The notes beneath the pieces are model-generated. The model was given only the letters and a program-made list of their open reading frames with translations. It was not told the DNA's origin and searched no databases. The position numbers were made by a program, and so were the translations under genes. From assembly GCA_949358305.1 (NCBI GenBank), contig OX442314.1:24862001-24926000 (forward strand): 64,000 bases of DNA, read 5' to 3'. Below, in pieces: positions 56,304 to 64,000 of the stretch. Source of the DNA: Strigamia acuminata. Lineage: Eukaryota. Numbering within the stretch: the stretch's first letter is position 1; every line of letters starts with the position of its first letter.

Positions 56304-56995
56304 TTAGGTAAACTGCATGAAAAAGACCATAACGATTAGAGAAAACATCACCGCTTTGCTCGTAGTTTTAACGTCGGCGTTATTACACAAATCTGCATCG
56401 CACTTGCATATGGTTTCCACCATTCCTCGACCATCGTCGTGTGTTTCACATTTGGTTTCATCTGAAGCATCGACACATGCTTTCTTAATGATTTCTAAAA
56501 TTAAAACAAAAAAAAAATTCAAAAAGAAAACAATAAATAAACAAGTTAAATTTAAAAATTACAATTCGGATTTTAAAATTAATATTTTTCTTTTTCGAAA
56601 TTATATTTTCCCTCCTTGAGTTATTTTTAAGTGTTAAAGTAAAACTATGCTGTTTTCATCTGTTTTCACCCTTGATAATAACTTGTATAAATTACCCACA
56701 GTTAAAATTAACAACACCAACACAAAAATTCAGAAAATACGAAGCTTACTCTCATCGCGGATTAATCTTTCGGTTTTAAAGCAAACTTGTTGTTCTCCGC
56801 ATTCCCTAGTAAATTTTTTGCTGTCGCACGATGTCGGATCCAAAGTTGAGTCGCATTCGTAGCACGTTAAAGCAAAACCTATCCACAAATTACACAAGAG
56901 CAATTAAATTATACACATGCACCTTTTGATTGTTATTTTACACCACCATTAGGCAGAAACACGAACAAAAACACTGCCGATAAAATCAATTTCAT
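56304..56995 (-). CDS. Ly6/three-finger gene E, intact; exons ~56944-56995, 56750-56878, 56304-56494
   Basis: MKLILSAVFLFVFLPNG|FALTCYECDST...SCD...ECGEQQVCFKT|...KACVD...KCE...ICKCDADLCNNA plus hydrophobic tail. Confidence 0.88.
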
Positions 56996-57870
56996 TTTGG
57001 AGCACTGCAGTCTGCAGACGATGAAATGTGGAATATTCAACGCCAATTTACTGATTTAAAGCAAGCCACGACGCTTATTTATTTATAGCCTCCTTAGCAA
57101 GTCAAAAACTTATTATCCTCATTCAGAAAATAATTTTTACTACCAAAGAGTCAACCATTCTCTCCCTCAAATTCAAATTGTCTCGCTCCCATTTTCAACG
57201 TGCAATTACCGAGGTTAAAAGTGTGCATGACATCATACGATGTTCATCTGCAATTCAATGAATGATTTTAATCTGAAGAATTGTTTATTTGAAACAAGAA
57301 ATAACAAATAACAAATAACAAAAATCATGTTGTGTAAAATTACTAAAATTAATGGTCACTATTTGTCTGGTGGTGGCGACATCGTGGCCCCGGTTACGTC
57401 ATTCACACAAACGCCTAAAAAATAAAAAAAAATAAAAGGAAAAAAAAACATAATGTGGATTTACAATTTACATTACCGTAAATGATATCTTATCAGTTAC
57501 TGCATTTTTTCTTCGATGGACAATTTATTTCAAAGGTGGCTGGGGCGGAAATTGTCTGGGGCCCTCTTCCTGAAGCAGCTATTAGCTGATTCGGACTTCT
57601 TGCTTCTCTGCAGCCAATGCAGTATACCATTTTCGTAACTGGTATTACGTTTTCCATAATGATTTAATAATAAGTAACCTACAATAAGCAACGGAGCTAA
57701 CTGATCAAAATTGAAGAAAACCTACACATTTATACCTGTTTGGGCGGTCACGTGACCCACGTGATTACAGAAATTAACCTAGGACTCAATTTGCATATGT
57801 AACGCGATATAATTTACTTATCTTTTACACGAATACTCTATAAACATCATAAATCTAATATAATTTAGCG

Positions 57871-58496
57871 TCAAATATAGTGAATTAAAGCAGCCACGAA
57901 TATGAGAGAAATAATGAGCGATTTAGTCGTTTCTTCGGTGTTGCCATTGTTGCATAAATCGGTGGTGCACACGCACATAGTGGCTCTTAATCCGGCGATT
58001 TCTGTCGATTTTCCGCATTCGTTTACGGGTTTTCTCAGCGCAAAACCTCCGCATCCTTTCAAAATTATTTCTAAAATCAAATTATTTACAGTCGCGAGTT
58101 AATATTGGGTTTGTAAATTGTAAATTTCAGTTTTTATTCTTTTATTTACGTCTATCTTTAGTCTGCCCGACAGTTTTCATGCAAAATGGGTTTACGTCGC
58201 TCGTCGTACACTCCGTTACATCGTCTTGGCAGCCTTTTTCATTATCAAGGTTGCTGCATTTGTAGCAGACGAGTGTTAACCCTGACGAACAATTATTTAC
58301 AAATGCCCAATTAGTAATTATACAGTAAAAAATAAAATTAAACGCTCATTATAACCGGAAATGTTAATGAACTTGAAAAATTGTGATTAAAGTTATTTAC
58401 AAATACCGGTACGCACATGCATTTGAATAGTTATTAATTGATATAATTACCACTTTTTACAAGTAGAAAAAACAGTGTTCCTGCTAGGAAATTCAT
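57871..58496 (-). CDS. Ly6/three-finger gene F, intact; exons 58451-58496, 58150-58281, 57871-58070
   Basis: MNFLAGTLFFLLVKSG|LTLVCYKCSNLDNEKGCQDDVTECTTSDVNPFCMKT|...KGCGG...ECG...MCVCTTDLCNNG...FVAALIHYI. Confidence 0.9.
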
Positions 58497-59480
58497 TTAG
58501 GCGTGAGTGAGCGTAAAATGAATTATAAATTGAACTGACAAATGCCAATTGAAGTAAATTCTAGTTCAAGGTTGGTCACTTAATTTTATACTACCATTAC
58601 ACCATAAAACAATATTTTATATTTAAAAAAATAAAAAATAAATAAAATAAAAAATAAAAATGCTAGAAATATATGCAAATTATTGTGTTTTATTTCGTTA
58701 AATAATGTGTTATTGTTGTCCAGATTCCGTATTGTTGTTAACTCAATATGATTTACTTGAGTTGATAGGCTTAAGCTGATTGAGATTGAACAAGATTTTG
58801 ACGCGATTAAATCGCAATTACATTGAAATGACGAGCTCGAATTTTGCGAGGGTTTAGATAAACCTTCCGTGCTGAAACCATTTTGGACTAAAAAAAAGGA
58901 AAACTAGTGATTGAAGAAAAACCAAATGGCTTCAGCATGGAGGGAAGTGAAAATGAAAAGATATAGAAATATCTAGATACGTGTAAGAAGACAACTCGCA
59001 TTATATATCTATATACACCGGTTGTGTACAATTAATATTATTATATAGTATATACATATACATATATATAATATAATTGAATTTTTATTAAAATTTAAAA
59101 ACATAAAAAAGATGATAGGTAAGTCAATTAAAGTGAAAATTCAAATTTTTCATCGTGAATATTTTCGAAATTTACAGCTCATAGAGGTCGACATACACAA
59201 TTTACTACAGTTCGGCAAGCGCCACCTGTAGATTGGAAGATTGAACTACACAGTATTGGATTAAATTGTAAATAAAGTAAAATTTAATTTTAAAATCTAA
59301 TTTTTCTCAATTATTTTTAAAAAATATTTATAGATGACACAGGTGTAAACATTTTTAATGTAAATCAGAGATTGATTCAGATGGTTATCGAATCAAAAAT
59401 CGAGCGCAAAAAGGTGATATTGTACAAATAATACGCAAATTATCAAATTTTAAATATTATTTATTTCAATTTCTCAACAG

Positions 59481-60190
59481 TTGGAAGCCATGCACAAAAA
59501 CATAACAGTCCTAAAACAAATAGTTGATGCTGATTACGAATTCCGTCATTACGTCTACATAATTCGCCAGTTGTCTTACATGAAATCCATTATTAAGTGT
59601 CAATTGGAATCCTTGGCTGTTGCCAAGCAAGAATTGCACGCAATAGAGCGCAAACTGAGAGAAGTGAGTGAAAAAATAAAAATAAAGATAAATAAACACA
59701 AAACACTTGTTCAAACTTCCAGTTACAATTTGCTCCGACTAGAGCATTGCAAGCACTTCAATTGGAAGCTTCTATTGAGGAGACTTTGTGCAATGATTTA
59801 AAGTCTATTGTCACCCATTTGCAAAGGCAGTTAGAACAAATGGAAAATTATTACGGCGTAGAAAAACCAAAAACAGATGTTCGTTTTAATGATCCTCTTC
59901 AAAGACGAAGAACGAGCTCAGGATTTGGTGAAAAATTAAAATTACTTTACACTAATAATTCATAAAGTCGTGCGCAAGCCCACTAATTCGACCGCCATTT
60001 TTTTGTTTATAGTCTGAATGACTTTATGAATGCGCCTGCTTGACGAATAGATAGTTTTATTCAATTTTTAATTAACTTTTGCAGTTATATCAGCACCAAT
60101 ACCAAGTAGACAAGGTTGTGTGCAAAGATTCATACAGTTTCTACGCCGTTACATGACTTGTCACGGTTGCAATTGTTATCCGAGAGCTAG
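59481..60190 (+). other. Possible multi-exon coiled-coil gene or pseudogene of unknown identity
   Basis: Acceptor TTCTCAACAG at 59480; heptad-like ORFs 59481-59801 and 59747-59965 joined by an apparent frameshift; further acceptor-like sites near 59180, 59333 and 60084. Confidence 0.3.
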
Positions 60191-60689
60191 ATGGCAACCG
60201 GATCATGAGTTGGAACAGTTACGTTTTCTCGAACTAACTCCGAATATACAGCGTTTTCAATTGGCGTAATTATAGACTGAAGTAAATCTCCCTTGATGAC
60301 GTTATGACGCTTTTGCTTTGTTACAAAGTGATAGTCTACAGATTTTAGTTTATTTCAGTCACGCAGTTTTTAATATTTATTGCATATAATTAAAATTGAA
60401 GTTATTATTCCTTCCGACGACATCCTAGGCAATAAACTACTTGTTTTGTGATTTCTTGATTTGATTTATTTATTTATTATTTAGTATGGGACTGGGACAC
60501 GGTTTAGTATTTTGACCAACAGATGGCGCCACTGTTTTTATTTGTATATATTTTAAATTAATTTTTTGTTGTAAAAATTTAAATTTTAAATTTTAAATAT
60601 TTTAATTTACATAGGAACGTGTGAATTAATTATTTTTAACGGAAATTGTTGTTGGTTTATGTGCAGTCGTAATTGAAGAATGGTCAGTT

Positions 60690-60763
60690 GGCGCCGTGGC
60701 TTAGTTGGTTAAAGCGCCTGTCTAGTAAACAGGAGATCAAGAGTTCGAATCTCTTCGGTGCCT
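60690..60763 (+). tRNA. tRNA-Thr(AGT)
   Basis: GGCGCCG/CGGTGCC acceptor stem; CCTGT-CT AGT AA-ACAGG anticodon arm; TTCGAAT T-loop; T-run downstream. Confidence 0.95.
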
Positions 60764-60878
60764 TCACGTCCGATTGTTCTTTTTATATCGTTTTTTCGAA
60801 ACGTGATATATTTAATTTTATATATATAAAATACAATTGAAAGTATTTGATCTTATATTTAACCCATTTCTGATACAT

Positions 60879-60952
60879 GGCGCCGTGGCTTAGTTGGTTA
60901 AAGCGCCTGTCTAGTAAACAGGAGATCGAGAGTTCGAATCCCTCCGGTGCCT
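60879..60952 (+). tRNA. tRNA-Thr(AGT)
   Basis: Same cloverleaf; one A-C mismatch in the T stem. Confidence 0.92.
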
Positions 60953-61416
60953 GCCATGTGATTTCTTTTTTCTTTTTTAATTCGAATTTTTAAATAAATT
61001 TTTTTTCTAAAATTTTTTTGTACATTTTTGAATCATAATTTTTTTTTATGTTGTACATTTTTTAAATTAATTTTTATTTTATGTTTTTAATTTTTTTGTA
61101 TACTCAATTGAAATCAGCCAAACCCTAACCCTAACCCTTCCCGGCCACTAACACCATAAGCTCAACTAGCAAATAAAATAATTTAACGATTTTAAGCAAA
61201 CATTCAATTGTTGTATTCACAATAAATAAAGCAATAAACCACACGCAAATTCGGAGAAACAAGATACAGAATCTCCAGATAAAGACGTTTGCACAAATCC
61301 ACACGTGATTTCATCGTATTGATCAATAAACCAATGAAATTCAAGCTCAGAACCCACCAACAAAATATTTTGATTTATCGACAATGTATTTTATTATCGT
61401 AGCACGAATCCAACAT

Positions 61417-61490
61417 GGCGCCGTGGCTTAGTTGGTTAAAGCGCCTGTCTAGTAAACAGGAGATCGAGAGTTCGAATCCCTCCGGTGCCT
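61417..61490 (+). tRNA. tRNA-Thr(AGT)
   Basis: Identical to the copy at 60879. Confidence 0.92.
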
Positions 61491-61994
61491 GCCGTGTAAA
61501 TATTTTTTTTTCACTGAAAAAACAAAACATAATTGATTTGTATATATTTTTTCTTTTATTTTTCCCCTCCAACATCCTGGTTACTACAAACAAAATCAAT
61601 CGAATGACCGAGATTTATTTAACCTTTTATTGATCAGACTTTGTTCTAAATTATATTTATAATAACAACAACGCCATTTAATTTTTTTACATTTTATTTT
61701 ACAATCGTCAAGATAATATACACTGCTTACAAAAATAATTTTCACTTTTATTAAATACATTATCTACAAATGTTTAAGTACCCTCGGTATTAATATTAAT
61801 AATAATAATATTAGTCTCACATAAAACAGTATATACAACATTAATAAATGTCAAAAAGAAAAACAAAAAAAACCTGCAAATTTGTATATTATAGCTATAT
61901 ATATATATATATAATGTATATGTTATGAATTAATTATATAAATCACAAATTATCAATTTAAACCAATACTATCACATTCTAATTCCAATTCATA

Positions 61995-63017
61995 TCAGCT
62001 ATCCTTCTGCCTCAAGTGAGTCATCAATCGTTTGAGCTGTTCGTACGTTATCCACATGCAAATATTCCACGATACAAATCGATAAAAGTTTGGCACAAAT
62101 CTAAAAATAAATTTAAAACATTAAAAATAAATTTTTTTTAAAAAAAAAAAAAATTTTTTTTTTTTATATACCCTTTATAAAATGCCTTGACGCCGCCTTC
62201 GTGGAAGATTCTCACCGTGCAATCGATAGCACCTTTATATTGACCCTGACGCGAGTTCATAAAGCGTGTTTTCATTACGTCGACTGGTGACGCAATCACG
62301 GTCGTGCAGAAGCCCGCAGCCACCGCTGAGACGAAGTGACACGGAACGTTGTCTTCCATTAATTTATAGTTGATGATATTCTCCTTGATTACGTCGTAAC
62401 AAACTATTTCCGCCACATTCACGATTGCATTTCTCGCCATGTTTGGAATAATACCTAAGAAAAAAAATCCAAAAAAATAAAATATATAATTTTTTTTTTT
62501 TTTTTATAAATATATAAAAAAAAAATTTTTTTTAAAAAATAGAAAAAAAATTTTTTACCTTTCCACAAGCCTTTAACTCCTTCTTCGGTAACAATGGTAC
62601 GATATGCGTTAAATGTGCTAGTGTATCGTCCTTGCCCTAAACTGCGATTTTGAGCCTGCATTCGCACTTTGACCACGTCGGTCGGTTGAGCGCAAGCAAC
62701 GGCCGTGCAACCGGTCGTAATTCCTGCTAAAACTCGAACTGCGATATTCGAAGCTGTTCCAGCATCAGCTACATGAAATTAATAAAAATTTAAATTAAAA
62801 TTTAATTTTTTTTTTTTTTTTTTAAATTACAATTTAATAAACCGATGTAAAATCGTTTGACGTTGTCGTATAACCCAATTCGGATGGACGCAAAACACAT
62901 TTGGCGTTGCAAACCGGCGTTTAAACCGTTGTAAAGACTCAATGGTCCTTCCTGTTTGCTCATTGTAATAATCGTGCCAAACAAACCGCGGTATTTTAAT
63001 GTCGTGGCACCGCTTGT
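61995..63017 (-). CDS. UCP2: Mitochondrial uncoupling protein (UCP2/3-like SLC25 carrier), 3' part; exons 62831->63017, 62559-62768, 62172-62454, 61995-62100
   Basis: KYRGLFGTI...[69 protein letters not shown]; canonical splice sites in phase. Confidence 0.9.
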
Positions 63018-63217
63018 NNNNNNNNNNNNNNNNNNNNNNNNNNNNNNNNNNNNNNNNNNNNNNNNNNNNNNNNNNNNNNNNNNNNNNNNNNNNNNNNNNN
63101 NNNNNNNNNNNNNNNNNNNNNNNNNNNNNNNNNNNNNNNNNNNNNNNNNNNNNNNNNNNNNNNNNNNNNNNNNNNNNNNNNNNNNNNNNNNNNNNNNNNN
63201 NNNNNNNNNNNNNNNNN

Positions 63218-64000
63218 ATGCCTTTCCTCCCTTCAATTTAATTAATAGGATCCTGTGGAAGGCTCATCACGAGAAGGCCACCATTTTGTTGGTGGTTCCC
63301 CTTTGGGCGACCCAAACTTGGTTCTCGCGGCTGTTGGAAATGCTGGTAGCAGTTCCTGTACGTTTTCCGGCCAAGGACAGGTTGTTTCTCGCCCACAGCC
63401 CGGAAGAAACGCCCCGCCTAAACCACAAGTTGGTCCTCCTTGGCTGCAAAATCTCGGGGGATCCCTTGCTGCAAGAGGGTTTTCAGCGAACGCTTCCCTC
63501 CTCTTCCAGGAAAGCTGGAGGCCAGGCACCATCTCCGCATATTCAGCGGGAATTAAGAGGTGGGAGATGTTTCTATCTCAACGATCGGATCCTCCAAATT
63601 TCGACCCTGTAGTGCTGACAGCAAATTTTGTGGCCTTCCTGTTCGATCTGGGCCTCTCTTACTCCGTGGTAAACGGTAACCTGGCGGCCATTACGGCAGC
63701 TAGACTTATTACCCCGAAAACTCGGGGGCACGCGGATGTCCAGAGAGTCTTGCGGGGAGTCTACAACCTTCGCCCAGCCCTTCCTCGCTACAACCAAACC
63801 TGGGATGTGGGTTTGGCGCTGACTGCCTTACGACAACTTTGGCCGCACGGGGTATTAGGCTGGAGGAAGTTACAGATCAAACTGGTGGTCCTTATGGCCT
63901 TAGTTTCGGCTTCCAGGGTAGCTACCTTACAGTCCCTCACCTTGGCTGATGTGAAACTTGCGGAAGGGGTTGCTATCATCCGACCAGCTGCCTTGCAAAA
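63218..64000 (+). mobile_element. Partial second copy of the DIRS element (pol end / YR)
   Basis: Matches 51127-51909 with no difference noticed; begins at an assembly gap. Confidence 0.9.

Noticed and set aside
61101..61118. (CCCTAA)n telomere-like repeat
   Set aside because: Fewer than three units; not significant

Overview
AT-rich invertebrate (probably arthropod; species not determinable from sequence) nuclear DNA with two assembly gaps (39367-39567, 63018-63217). The host backbone is a minus-strand tandem cluster of small three-exon Ly6/three-finger-fold (Sleepless/Quiver-like, predicted GPI-anchored) genes. It has four complete intact copies, one copy running off the window and several pseudogene or orphan pieces. 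Other host genes are a solitary divergent replication-type histone H2A, an intronless BC-box LRR gene, three tRNA-Thr(AGT) genes and the 3' part of a UCP2/3-like mitochondrial carrier. About half the window is mobile DNA: two young full-length Ty3/Gypsy elements (8.4 kb and 13.5 kb), a full-length DIRS1-type tyrosine-recombinase retrotransposon plus part of a second copy, an internally deleted Mag-like LTR element, a decayed ISL2EU/Harbinger transposase, several MITEs, a ~1 kb palindrome and a fold-back satellite. The two most notable signals are inferred from sequence. (1) The 13.5 kb Gypsy carries a non-env accessory gene that appears spliced and is split by a single in-frame TGA, with three bulged hairpins upstream. 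(2) The DIRS element has a fused gag-pol ORF containing a 55-nt intron whose removal would yield Gag only, followed by a poly(A) signal.
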